A stretch of DNA of 64,000 nt from Negaprion brevirostris. Taxonomy: Eukaryota. A program made the position numbers and the translations under genes. The notes under the pieces are model-generated. The model made no database searches and was not told where the DNA came from. It was given only the letters and a program-made list of their open reading frames with translations. The stretch is taken from positions 15,100,431 to 15,164,430 of the forward strand of contig JARDVH010000167.1 in assembly GCA_030324005.1 (NCBI GenBank), written 5' to 3'. Of the stretch, positions 37,150 through 49,860 are shown piece after piece; positions within the stretch are counted from its first letter, which is position 1, and the number at the start of each line of letters is the position of its first letter.

Positions 37150-37700
37150 AATATACCTACACTACACCCTCTATCTTGCAACACTCCTCTGAAACAGTCT
37201 CTGCTTCCTCCATCAGAGGCAGACCCTATCAGGCAGCCATCTTGCCTCCTTCTCCTTGAGCTATGTTACGGGCACCGTGGTACATAGTTTTTTTTTAATC
37301 CTGACTCTAGCATCATTATCGTACTGCTGAGCTCTCTCTCTCTCTAAACCTTCCCAGCACCCCGCCCCCTCCCAACCAGTAGAGACTTAAAACGTGACAA
37401 GCATGCCCACTGCCTACTCAGACTCCTCTGGAGCAACCAATCGGCAAATACCCGGAGAAAGAGCGTGGAGGATGGGCCGGTTATGTTAGTTACTTGTCAA
37501 CTGTCTTCCTCATTCAAGCTTCCTAAACAATACCACCCCTATGTGGTATCTATGCAAACTATCAGCATGAAATCAGTAGTAAACTGTGGAGTGGACTAGC
37601 AGACGGAAGTGCTGGCTCAATACCAGCTGCACACAGCTGAACTAAGACCCATTTATGGGTCACGTGTAAAACCGGTAACTTCATAAGTATTTGGGGGAAG
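37150..37700 (-). promoter_or_regulatory. Candidate promoter and first-exon region
   Basis: YY1-type CAAGATGGCTGCC (minus, 37232-37244), GC box 37360-37368, CCAAT 37437, ETS CGGAAGTG 37604, GTCACGTG 37659; possible minus-strand donors at 37156 and 37493. Confidence 0.5.
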
Positions 37701-38589
37701 GGTGCATTATATGGTTATATTAAAAGTTGGCATTTCTGAATTGTTCTTAAAAAGGTTTTGCTGTTAACTGTTAATTTTTGATACCAAAAATCTCAGTGAG
37801 TATTCTATTTTAAAAATGCGTATTTATTTTTCAGTTTATGTGTTAGAATAGGAAACTGCATCTAAAACAGCTTTGTGCATGTTATATATAGCCTCACATC
37901 CTGGATCAAAGGTCAAAGTTTGCAACAATAATAATAAGTTATTCCATGCACTATGTTGTTCAGTCCATTTCTGGTAATGCAACAACAAAAAAAAAATACG
38001 TAAAAACATGGTTCCCACGAGACTGAGCATTTTTTTTTATCTGTAAGCTAGAATTGTCAGACATAGCATTTTGTATTCGAAGCATAACACTTCCATAATT
38101 TCAGCCTCTTTCCTGGCTGCGGTAGTTCTTGCCATGCTTCTTTATATTAACCTTTTCCTGTTCTCTTTAAATTCCTACTAAACCTTGTTCCTGCTGCTCC
38201 AATTGCTTTCAACCAGTTCCTGATATTCCTTCCCGTACGTTGTGTCCCAATGCAGCTACTTTCTAAACTTCCGTTGGTATCTTCTATCTTTTTTCTACTG
38301 CCTGTAACTGCTCCTGCTGTTTTTTGACTTCTGTTGCTTTCTTTTAGCTCCCAGAACTCTCACCTTATATCGTTGCTTTTCTTTTAACCTTTATTACTGC
38401 TCCGGCTCCATCACTTTCTCCTGGCTTCTATTGCTCACTCCAGCATTTCGCTACTTTTCCCTGTTTCCAGTTCCTATTCCTAGTCTTGGATTATTTTCTC
38501 CTGTCTCCATTGTTCTCCCTTCTGGTTGCCATTTTTCTCAGTTGATAATTGCTGTATCTGCTTCCATTACTTTCTTTAAGGTTCAATTC

Positions 38590-38917
38590 AAAGAATTATA
38601 AATCCCTGTAAGTGCAGAAGGAGGCCATTTGGCCCAGCGAGTTTGCACTAATCACAATTCCATCCAGGCCCTATCCCCATAACCCCAGGTATTTAACCTG
38701 CTTGTCCCCCTGACATTAAGGGACAATTTACCATTGCCAATCAACCTAACCTTCACATCTTTGGAGTGTGGAAGAAACCGAAGCACCCAGAGGAAACCCA
38801 TGTAGATACAAGGAGAATGTGCAAACTCCACACCAACAGTGACCCAAGGCCAGATTTGAACACAGATCCCTGGAGCTTTGAGGCAGCAGAGCTAACCACT
38901 GTGCCACCATGCCACCC
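38590..38917 (-). mobile_element. HE1-type V-SINE with CR1-like tail
   Basis: Reverse of the head ggcatggtggcacagtggttagc, V-domain and tail. Confidence 0.9.
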
Positions 38918-39389
38918 ATTGCCATCTCTCAAAATTGTAATGCTTGCTTAACAAAACATAAGGGTTAGAATTCTCCATTGCTGCCATCAAGAATGGGGAA
39001 TTTTGCACTCAGCTAAATTTCCAAAAGTCAGAGAATCTCAGCCAAGGAACAGGAGCAGGAGTAGAACACTTCTTCGAACCTTCACTGCTATGAAACACAA
39101 CCATGGTTGATCTTCAGTCTCAATTCTACTTACCCACTATTGTGATTATCTAGTTTATTCTTCTATTTAAGAATATAATTTTTAGTTTTAGGAATTGAAG
39201 TTTTAACTGTAGAAATCAGGATATCTGGTTGAGAAACTGTCAATAATCCTGAAGTAAATGAAATTCTAACAAGGTTGGAGTTTATTATGCTTAAAAGAAT
39301 GAGGCCATGTTGATCTAAGAGGTTAACATTGACAAAGGTAAGATCATAAAATGGTAAGTGAGCTTACTTGGCTAAAGAACAAGAAATAT

Positions 39390-40630
39390 GGGGCAGATTT
39401 GGGTGTGAGCAGAAGCAGACAATCTAGCGGGAGCCAAAAAGTAGGAAACCCAACATAAGATCACATAACAATTTTCTCAATGGCAGATTAATGACAGATC
39501 AGCCTTTCTGCTGGCTGGTGATATGAATTCTATTTGCATTCATTTGCATCTCATTGAATGCCCATTAAAACAGCTGTCCAGTGGCATCCCATCAGGCCCT
39601 TCAATCTTATGTCACAAAAACTTGAAATTGCAGTGGTTTAAAACCTGATTGCTAAAGTGTGGTATGCACAAGATAGTCCTCAGTTCCCAAGTGACAGAGT
39701 AAGTGTAACAATGCCACAATGCTTCACTGCTCCTGATGCGCTGTTCACTACTCTGCTGGAGGAGACTGAGTCCTGCCTTCCATCTCCATGCTGAGCTGGT
39801 CTTCATGGACAGCAACGTGCAGCTGGACCCATAGACTCTCCTGTGTCACTGATTTGGTACTGTGCCTGGGTTTGGGGAGTATACAAGTCACCTTCTCTAC
39901 ACAGTATCTGGATAAGAATGTGCTGGAGAACTCATGCAGCCACTGCAGCAAGGGTAAAAAGTTGAACCAGGCGTGGAGTGTGAGGTGAGGCTCGGGAAAG
40001 GCTGACGAAGACATGGAGAGACAATGTTGGAGGAGGGCTGTGCAAGCAGCAGGGAGGGGTAAGACTCACAATGGCAAGCAGAGATTATAGGGAGTTAGGT
40101 GAAGAAGACAAACAAAAGGCAGAGGGAAGACCAAGTGCAGGGAAGCTGGACTCTGACAAGTCTACAGGAAAAGCTCACAAACAAGGGAGTCAAAGGGACA
40201 TCATATCATTTACTGGAAGTGGATGAATGAAGACTTCAGATGCAGTGGGTAAAGTTTCAAGTGGGACATGCGTCCCTTTTAGCGCGCACAGGAGGATGAT
40301 TGAATTGCAGAACAATTTTCTTCTTGAGGCTGCTAACCTTTTCCCTCTGGGTTGCTGACAGTGGCATGGTCTGGTGAAGACAGGTAGACTGGAGAAAGTG
40401 ATATGAGTGCACTGGTCTGGTATTTAAATATGATGCCGGGAACTTTGAACATAGCAGCTGACAGTTCATGGATGAATCAGCGGCCGGCTTGCCAAGTCAC
40501 TCAAAGGAGAACATGTTGTGCATAATTAATGAGGTCCCAAGCATTAAATCTGGTCCAGGATCTCACCATTCTGGCTAGCAGGAAAGGCATTGCCAGAACT
40601 GTCTGTCCTGCACTTAGAAATCCACCCATG
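39390..40630 (-). mobile_element. Decayed Harbinger-derived element with Myb-ORF remnants
   Basis: Subterminal motifs (atttgcattcatttgcat, cataattaatgagg) and decayed Myb-like pieces at 40250-40480. Confidence 0.45.
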
Positions 40631-40939
40631 ACTTATGCATTATTGCAGTAAGTGGTAGGTTCTGCATGTAGCTTCCCAGAATTAAGGAAAGTTTTTGAAT
40701 TATAATGCAGTTAATTTGCATTTCTCTTTAGGATTGGGTCATGTGCCATATTGTCATAGAGATGGGTGGAGCTTAGTGAAATTCTTTCCTTAGAGTTATC
40801 TTGCCATACCCATATGCTTACTTTCTGTATTCCTCATATGAGTGTATCCAGTTCTGCTGAGCATCAACATTTGAAATTTCCACACCTTTTAAAAAGTTCT
40901 ATTTTTCTATTGTTATCAACAAAGTAAATAACCAGAAAT

Positions 40940-43900
40940 TGGCAAATTGTCAGGTTCTGATTGAAAACCGGTGTCCAGGGAAACAGGCTGTTTTTTTTCC
41001 TCCAGATCACTCACCCCACCATGGAGGTTGCCCTCCCTCAAAACAGTCATCGCTGGTATCATTTTCCCCCCCTGCCCCACAACACTCTGTAATCAGAGCT
41101 GGCATTCCTCCCACCACAAAAAGTCAATGCCAACAGAACACCCTTCCCCCTGGACTTCGCTGGCAACAGACCCCTTTTCCAAACAGTCAATGCCAGCACC
41201 CACCCCCTTCCTCCCTCCAAAACATTGCCGGCATCTCCATCTCCTGTGTCCCCTCTGCCCCATGAGGTCCTCATAATGGTCAGCTGTGCCTCTGCCCTTC
41301 CCAAGCGGGAAGTCACACAGACACAAATCACTACTGGTCACTTTGGCCCAGGCACTATCGCTTGTGAGGGTGAGCGAGGAGTGAACACCACTTAGCACTA
41401 ACTTCCAGGATGCAAAGGACAAGTCAGCAGTTGCAGGGTGGGGGCCTTCAAGGATGTTTTGGGGGCGGGGGGGTTTGGAGGTCAGCAGGTTGGCACCCAC
41501 CTCTCAGTTGGGGCTTGAGTAGTGAGTATTCTCATGGCCACCGAGAAGCCCTTGAGGGATTGCCTTTGATGCCAATTGTAAAGCTCACTAATGTCGCTCT
41601 GGTTACACTGCTCTCTATCTGCTTAAGAGGCTCTGTGGTTTATTTTTGACATTCCATCCCAGGATAACAGTTACAAGCACCAGGTCTGGCAGTTGTAGCC
41701 TCAATCAAGAGAGCTTGTCAAATATTAACACAGCTCTTCACATTGCATAAACCCTAAAGTGTTTCCTGCAATGAACACCATAATATCTAATCACATGAAA
41801 GTTAGGAGGGTTCTTTGTTTTTTCTGAACTGCATACCATTCGTGGAGGTGAGTTTGCACGTCCAGATGGGTACACGTAGAAATTATACTGCAAGTATTCC
41901 TCAACGTGGGCCTACTCATAGCCATCCTTATTCGTTACATGAGTGTCACAGACCTCAGTCCAATCTGCCAAAAGCTGCTGCCAATGGCTAGGATTGCCAG
42001 GGGTCAATATCTGGATGGAGGGGACTCTTGTGACTGAAATGTGCCAGCTCAAGGAGCAGACAGAGAAGGCAGGACAGAAATCCTGAGGGTGGGAGAGCTA
42101 GCTAATATCAGACTCCCTGTTGGGTGACAAGTCACAGTTCATGCACTGACTGGCCAGGTTGCATTGAGTATAATAGCATGACAGGTTCATCCTAGGGCAC
42201 TCGAATATCCCTGGGGTCTTTGAAGACCATCCCAGGCTACCAGAATGCTGGATACAAGGGCTAGCTGCTGAGGTCATGACTGATGACAGTGGCGCAAAGG
42301 CCTGAAACCGAGACGGAGACCTGCTACTATGAGGGCCACACTGCCATCCAATCTGTCATTGAGCAATGCATTGACATGCTTAAGATATGGTTACACTTGC
42401 TGGACCACTCTGGCTCTGCTCTTCAGTGCAGCCCCCAGAGTATCTCTCGCATCGCAACAATTTGCTGTACCCTCCAGAATGTTGCACAGCAGCAGGGTGA
42501 TATTCTGGAGGAGTAGGACCAAGCGTATTCCTCTAGGGAGGAGCTAAATCAAGAGGGAGTGGAGGAGGAATCCAAGTAGAACGCAGAGGATGGAGGACAG
42601 CCAATGGCAAAGATGCAGCATGACATGAGGAGCAGGGAGGCCACCACTGCCGCCAGATGCTCCAGCACCTGCACCAACACCCCACTTCCCCTTGACCCTT
42701 CCTGCAAGAAGCCTGTCCCTTTCAAGACCCTTACTCCATGCTTACCCTGCCAAGAACACTGCCCACCCTTCCAAGGTGGCGCAGTGGTTAATATGACTGC
42801 CTCACAGTGTCAGGCACCTGGGTTCGATTCCTGACTTGGGTCACTGTCTGTGTGGAGACTACACATTCTCCCCGTGTTTTCTCTGGGTGCCCTGGTTTCC
42901 TTCCACAGTATAAAAGACGTGCCCGAGTGTGGCAACTAGGAGATTTTCACAGTAACTTCATTGCAGTGTTAATGTAAACCTACTTGTGCTATATCAAGGT
43001 GACTCCCAGGATGCACATCAGAGGTGGAGATGGCCTGCTGTCTTCCATGCCCTGTGGCCTCTGATGCCCTTGGTAGGCCTCTTCTGGAGGGCCAGAACCT
43101 GGAGGGCCCCAGCCAACTTGCGGGTATCACAGGTAGCCATGCCATCCTGTTCAGCCTTTTGAGATGCACTGGCATCAGGAAGCGGGGGAATGAAGGGCGG
43201 GATTCAAAGAGGCAGGAGTCTCTGGGGTGGAAGCCCTGGAATGGCCTCCAGTGATTCCTCCTTCCTCAGGGTGCTCGTGGCCCCCCTGGGATACAGGGAT
43301 GGAGAGATAGCCAGAGTGAGCTTCAGATGCCTCTGCATTAACTGGCAGTCATTGAGGTCCAACATCATCTGTACCACGGTGCAAGAGCCATTAGCAATGC
43401 ACATCTGCATCTGGAGTAAGCTCTGAAGAACCTCTGCAATTGCACTCTGTAACTCAGTCATGCTCTTGAAGCCCACACTCATGGACTTCTCTGACCGGTC
43501 CTCAGAGACTTGGCCATGCCTTGGACCCTGTCACCTATGCTTACAAATTCCTTCCCCAGGCTTTCCACTGCGGTTGCCACTTTTGCAGTGTTGGCTTGGG
43601 TGCCACATAATGCCGGCACCATCTCCTGTGCCTGAAGACTGTGGGACGCCTCCAAATTTGCAGTTGTCGGAATGTTGCTGTCATGCCCTCGTGCAGTTCC
43701 AGGCTCTGCCTCTGCATCTCCAGCAGCTTTAGCAGAACTGTTTTCAGTGGCTTGGTTTCTGGTTGCAGGCCAGCTGTTTCTTGGGATCCAGCAGACCTCT
43801 GCCCAATCCCTTGGACATTCCCACCTCCACCTGATGTGCATCAGCACTGTGTGGCACTCACCCTGAAGCATCCTGCTTATTTCACCCACCGAAGCATGCA

Positions 43901-44150
43901 CTGATGATTGGTCCAGGTGATGCCAGTGACACCTAGTCAAAGCCATCACATCCCAGGCCACATTTGCTTCACTGCACCACGTTTCAGTGGCCAGCCTCTT
44001 CTCCATGTGTCCAGAAGCCCTCTGAGATTTCCTGCCATGAAGCATAGAACTGCTGTCTTTGCTGCCATCGTCCTGGCTCGTGTTAAGTCTCAGTCTACCG
44101 GGGGAGGTAGCTCCAAAGAAGTCACATGGAAAGGCAAGCCAGAGGAGCAA
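40940..44150. mobile_element. Degenerate Harbinger element: transposase remnant (+, about 41850-42660) and convergent Myb/SANT ORF (-, about 44070-42995)
   Basis: HDRFILGHSNIP, H.AIQSVIEQCIDMLK..LDHSGSALQCSP..CCTLQN; minus strand MAAKTAVLCF..LRGLLD..AWDVMA. Confidence 0.8.
42775..42993 (+). mobile_element. V-SINE (alternative-tail subfamily), internally deleted
   Basis: ggtggcgcagtggttaat..gggttcgattcc head; tail ttttcacagtaacttcattgcagtgttaatgtaaacctacttgtg. Confidence 0.88.
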
Positions 44151-45200
44151 TAGGGTTGAATGAAGAACTGTACTCCACACACTCAGCCCGAGACTGCTGT
44201 AGGAGCAGATTTCCTGGACAGGTCACCCCATGCCCCAGGTCACCTCATCTGTCTTCTTAGAGGGGCTATGCCCCACATACATAACACTCCTCCCTTCTAA
44301 ATATCAATCGTAATCCAGAAATAACAATTAACAATTGACAAACATTGTCATAACTTTATACATGACAGACAATAATAACATACATTTAGCCTCCCACCCA
44401 AATGCTTAGTTATATAGACATGATCAAATGGGCCAAAGGCCGATAATTCCATGGAATTATCCCATGTTTCTTGGCAGCTGGAACCGGCCTACAGTCCCTT
44501 TCCAGCAATCATGGCTCCAGTGATTCTTCCATAGACATATCATCATCCACCACTACCCGAGTTCCCAGCTCATCCCATCCAAAGGTGTAGCTATGGGTTC
44601 CCTGCTCCCTTCTATGAGCCAAATGGCTTCTTTCTGCACTGTAGGGATTCTATTCCTCAGGAACCTCTGCCTGTTCTCTCTGAACCATCTAGATCTCTGC
44701 AGCTGATGTTCCCACTCCTTGACAGGGTGCCACCAGTAATTGGTCTGCATGACTTCGCCACAGCTTATCTTGTGTCTCCACAGTGTAGGACAGCAGTCTT
44801 AGCTAATATTACTGCTGGAACCAACGTCCTCCATGCTGCATAATTCCTCGCTAGAACTACTTCAACAATCTGTCATCTTTTGTAGCAAAGAGAAGCAATA
44901 ATCCTGCCTTTAATTGGAAGGTCTGTGTCACGTTTACTTTGTAATTTGATGTCTGATGGATGAAGGGTATTGGCTGAAGCCAGTCGAGATCACCTGCTAG
45001 GATGTTAACAGTAGCTCTAATATCAAATTTAAAGGTGATATTGAAGTCCTGAATTTGCACTGTAACTGAACAATAGTCTGGACTAAGACCAGCAATTTCC
45101 CCTAGGAACTCTGGTCTGCAGAAAGTCAGAGAGTTTTTCATCCCAGATGCTCACACCTATGCAATCATGGATTTGCTCAATCTTTCAATATCAATTGCAA
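44150..45200 (-). mobile_element. Internally deleted Gypsy element: protease joined to integrase end, PPT and start of 3' LTR
   Basis: FLGEI..ITFKFDIRATVNIL (decayed FKLDTGA); PPT agaagggaggag followed by tgttat at 44286. Confidence 0.7.
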
Positions 45201-45399
45201 GAACTAGCTCAGTGATATCGGTCAGTTAGAAATATTTCAATCAATTCCCCTGATTGTTAAGACCTTGGGTTAAAATCAGTTAACTATGTTTCACTGCAGG
45301 CTGAAGTGTCAAATATTTTGAGACCATTCCCATGTCAACGGCCAGAAAATCCTGGCCACTGTCTAACATTAGGTGTGGTCCAATTTAACTCATGTTCTT

Positions 45400-48300
45400 C
45401 AACTGATGTGTTAATTTCAAAATTAGATTCATAAATGGTGTTTTCAGTTCTTTGAAGAATGACGTGATTCAAATCTTGATTTATGAATTGTGTTTTTGTA
45501 TTGGTTGCAACAAATGCTTGGATATTGTTTGCTTTCCAACAGGACCATCACAATTTGCAAACATTTTGTCTCCTAGCTTTAGTGATGTAACACGAAATGT
45601 CATGCTTCACTTTGCATTTACTCTATTGGATCCTTCTGTTCTCGATCAACTTTTGATATGTTGATCATTAGCTCCGTGGGATATCTCAGGATTATATGTG
45701 CATAGATGTACAAACGTAAGTGTAGTCCAAAGCTTTCCAGTATCTGAGTGAGGACTCACTCTGTAATTTAGAAGAAAATTATGCAATTCTTGGTTCCATG
45801 CCGTGCTTCAGCTACAGCTTTTTTTCTTCTTTAGTCTTTCAAAGTATGAGTATCCCTGGAAAGGCAACCATTTGTTGCTCATCCCTAATTACCTTATATA
45901 TTATTTTCTTCAAGGTAAGAATAAACCACTCAGCTTCTCCATTAGCACCTGGACAACCGATTTTTCAATGAGTACAAGCTAGTTAGTTGGCAAATTTACT
46001 GAACTCAGTGCTGTTGACTCGTCATTTCTCATCATTTGAAGGACTCCAAGAAAGACAAAAATCTGGTCAAGCTTTGGTATGACTGCTTTCACTGAAGCTG
46101 ACATTACTATTACACAACTGAGAATCTGCTGTACTTGTCAGTAACAATAAAAAAGTGGTCACCAGTCAAATCTACAAAATCAATGTCAACCTTGAAAGGA
46201 TCACAAAGATTTGACAATGGCAAAGACTGACTGATTTTGTGTTTTACCAAGCAATAAATTCCTGGGATCCAAATATTTTCCAACAGTAACTGTTCAGTTT
46301 TGACAATTCCCTGATAATCTCCACGTTATATCACGTTCCCTCAATGATTGCAGAATGACGAAATCGNNNNNNNNNNCATAACACAAGATCAGATGTGATT
46401 GTGAGCTTATTTCAAACATTGTGAATACCTTGCAGAAAATGAGTGATTTGATTTGTAGATGCTCTCTCAATCATATCTTTCCAATTTTGTGATTCTATAG
46501 CCATACATTAGAGTTGTAACACCTCATTTTGTCTTTTTGCTTTGATGTCAGCCATTTAGGATTACATACTTAAAATGACTAATCTGCTGGGTTGTGGTTG
46601 GCTGGTTCATATTCAATATGGAACCTGTACACTTTTAGTTTGAGCATCCAATGCTCTATTCAAGCAGGCAGCATAGCAGGATCAGGAATGAACGACAACA
46701 CTTGCAAATAAAAGCAAAGTGCTGCACATGCTGGAATCTGAAGCAAAAATAGAACATGCTGGAAAATCTCAGCAGGTCTTCGAGCATATGTGGAGAGAGA
46801 TTACAGCCAACATTTGAAGTCTGGATGAACATTCCTCAGATCTGAAGACAATGAAAATAGGATAAGATTTATACAGTAAGGGTGAGGGAAAGATTGTGTA
46901 ATTGATTATGATGTAATAGAAAAATAAAATGGTGGTGGTAAAGGCTGAGAAGGAAACTAACAGCATCCATTAACAGATTGGAATGTGTAAATGACAGAAC
47001 AAGAATGCACCTTCTACAATTGCATGGGGAAGTGCTGTGGGTGGTGGGTGAGGCATTGGATGTGATGAAAGAATGGACCAGGGTGTCCAGGAGAGAATGG
47101 TCCTGGTGAAAAGCTGACAGTGGAAGTCAAGGGAAGACGTGTTTGATGGAATACTCACAGATGCTGGACTTCCTACATGCTTAGAATATACAGCATTTGT
47201 AGTGGCTTCATCTTTCAATGGAGCAGATAATACTCCTTCACCACTGAAACACACCCAAACAGCTTGATGTTTTTCTTGAACGAGAACTTGACTTTATTCA
47301 AAGTGAGATAATATTATCAAAGAACCTGCGGGCATTCATACAGGCACATCTTGAGTTCATTTTCAATGTGACCATATACGAGAATGTCATTGTTGATATT
47401 CAGGGTGACTTCAAGACCTTTCAAGACCTTTAAATGCAGACTGAATCATCTGCTGAAATGACTCCAAAGTTGAATCTCTTCGATCAAAAAAAATCCAATG
47501 AGTGGAAAATTCTTCTGCAAGCTGGATTTGATGGTAGCCGGCAGTGACATTAATTTTAAGTTTAACACCATGTACTTCTTGTTGGAATCGATTCTTCGGG
47601 TCATTATCTCTTTTTTGTTGTTGGCTTGGTTTGGTGACTGCATATCAACGTCAATTCTAATGTTGTTCTCACTCATGGGCTTGCTGGCAACTTGCTCATC
47701 TCCAACTTCCGAAATAATGTCATGGCCAACGGATGCTGAAGATCTTTCTCTGTCTGCTTTCGTAAATTAAATGGTATTTGTTGGTGTTGTGTGATAGGGA
47801 GCAGCAGAACAAATGCTGTGTTCCGTATCATTTCTGGGGAATGTGATGCACTTAACAGTTTCCACACAGCAACTGATCTTCACGAGTGCAGTCACAAATA
47901 CAGTTCTCATTCTTCCAAACAACATTGTCGAATTCTATGCTGACCACTTCACTGGTGTTGGAAAACTGAAAGGTGTTAAATGCAAGCTGTATGTAGATCC
48001 CAATATGACCGTGAAAAGTAAAAGCCAGCATGAACCTGATTTGGAAACTTGCTGAAATACCATGGGGAAGCACCGCTGGAAGAGTTCACACTGTAACAGA
48101 GTAGTCTTATTTTACTTTGTTGTACAATATAGCACTGTCTCATGATCGTGCAGCTGCCACAGAAAGATCGTGGACGTGCAGCTAAATGCAGTCACTCCAA
48201 CTAAGTGCTTTCACATTACCCCACTAGCCATTCGCAATTATGCATTGTGCTTCCTGAGATGGTAACATTATAAACGACCAACTTCCCATTCATGAAGACT

Positions 48301-48900
48301 TGAACAACTGACTTTCCCACTCGTGAAGACTTGAATGCCACACCAGGCAAAATCACACCATCCATTATGTGAAAATCATACAACTAGTATCCATTATCCA
48401 GATGGATGGAATTGTGGAATGCCTGCAGCATAGAGAAACAATATCTTATCCCTGGCATCAAACTTCCAAGACGACAATGAACCTGCACAGGGCATGAAGG
48501 ACATGGCCACCTACTCAAGAAGTTCAAGATGAAGAAAGACCAGAGCAGGAACTTTCCAGCCATTCACGCCTCACCGCTGCTACGATTGAGGACGGAGAAT
48601 TTGGCGCTCAGCCAAATCTTCAGTCACTGCAGCGGCACCAGAGAGTCCCATTGGTGTGAACAGTCGGAGAATTCCGGTCCAGATGTGTGATTGTGTCCTT
48701 GAGTCCCAGACCATGGAACACATTAATGAGTGCACTAATATCTGTTCCATTTCTTCACTTGGCATTGAAAACACAGCAAAACTAGACAAGCCAATATAAG
48801 CTTTTCCCACCATAAAAGAGTAGCAGTAGTATTTGAAGAAATCTTTCAATCTCAGCAAAACCAAGGAGTTTCTTTTTTCTCACTTGTCCATGGGAAATTG
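45400..48900. mobile_element. Scrambled old Gypsy pol with pieces on both strands
   Basis: Minus: IRIDVDM, RFNFGVISA, LNINNDILVYG, HNPAD, KIFGS/WIPG region; plus: GKFFCKLDL (47500) and FTGVGKLKGVKCKLYVDP (47950). Confidence 0.65.
46710..47150 (-). mobile_element. Penelope-like element 3' fragment with terminal repeat
   Basis: DHSLLDTLVHS..SPCNCRRC pre-GIY-YIG motif joined to a terminal repeat with degenerate hammerhead ctgagga..tcaaatgtt at about 46808-46839. Confidence 0.75.
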
Positions 48901-49559
48901 AGCAGGGAGTTGTTGCAGCAAACAAGTCATCAGTCACATGCTTTAGAGCTATGCAAACTGCAGATTGGCTATATTATTCCCTAATGGAACACAAAATGAG
49001 CTATAGATAACAAAAGTTTGGGGTTGCTGTGATCTTTATAGCAACTAGCAGTGCTTGCACCTCCTGGCCCAACAAAGGAAAGTTACTTATCATTTGGGAC
49101 CATTGCTCAATGTTCAGCAGGTTACACTAACTAATATGAGCACAATGGTTGTTTTGGCTAGTAGGATGGTAAAATTGGCTTTGGGTCCGATTTCAATGAT
49201 TGGCACAGATTAATGAGGTATCTGCTGGTATTAAATTTGCCATAGCGCACTACTGCAGCAGGAAAGAGTCGTTTTTATAAAAAGACAGAATAGACCGCGC
49301 TAGGAGAGCAAAAAAACAAAAAAAAAAGGAATTTCAAAAAATCTTGCAAATAGCAGGATGTCCCTTTAAAGGATTATACTCAAAGAGGGAAAAGTCTGCA
49401 GGATGTCCACATTATGTTCTATGTGTCTAATAAGAAACAAGTGTAATCATGTTGTGAACAGGGACCAACTGGCGATATGGGAAATTAAATGGTTTATGAA
49501 CGACATTGTGAATATTTCAATAGCACTGTAATCATGTCACTCTTTTAGAAATATGAAAA

Positions 49560-49860
49560 GGTTAGAGAATGTAATGAGGCCATTCAGCCCATTGTTGCTT
49601 TGGCAGCTATAAAGAACAGCCCATCCTAATCCCACTTCCAAATCTTGATCCATAGACCTGTAGGTTTTTGCACTTCCAAGCTCTTTTGAATGCTGTGAGC
49701 ATTTTTGCCTTTACCTTCCCTTCAGATGGTGAACTCTAGGCCCCACCACCTCGGGGTGAATTCAGTTTTCCACCATTAATTACATATTTGCTCTCTGATT
49801 ATTGACCTCTTTACTAAAGGCAACATCTTCAAAATCTCTTCTGTATTCTCTCTGATGTTC
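49560..49860 (-). mobile_element. Old CR1 3' remnant
   Basis: aggccattcagccca tail and decayed CR1 C-terminus. Confidence 0.6.
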
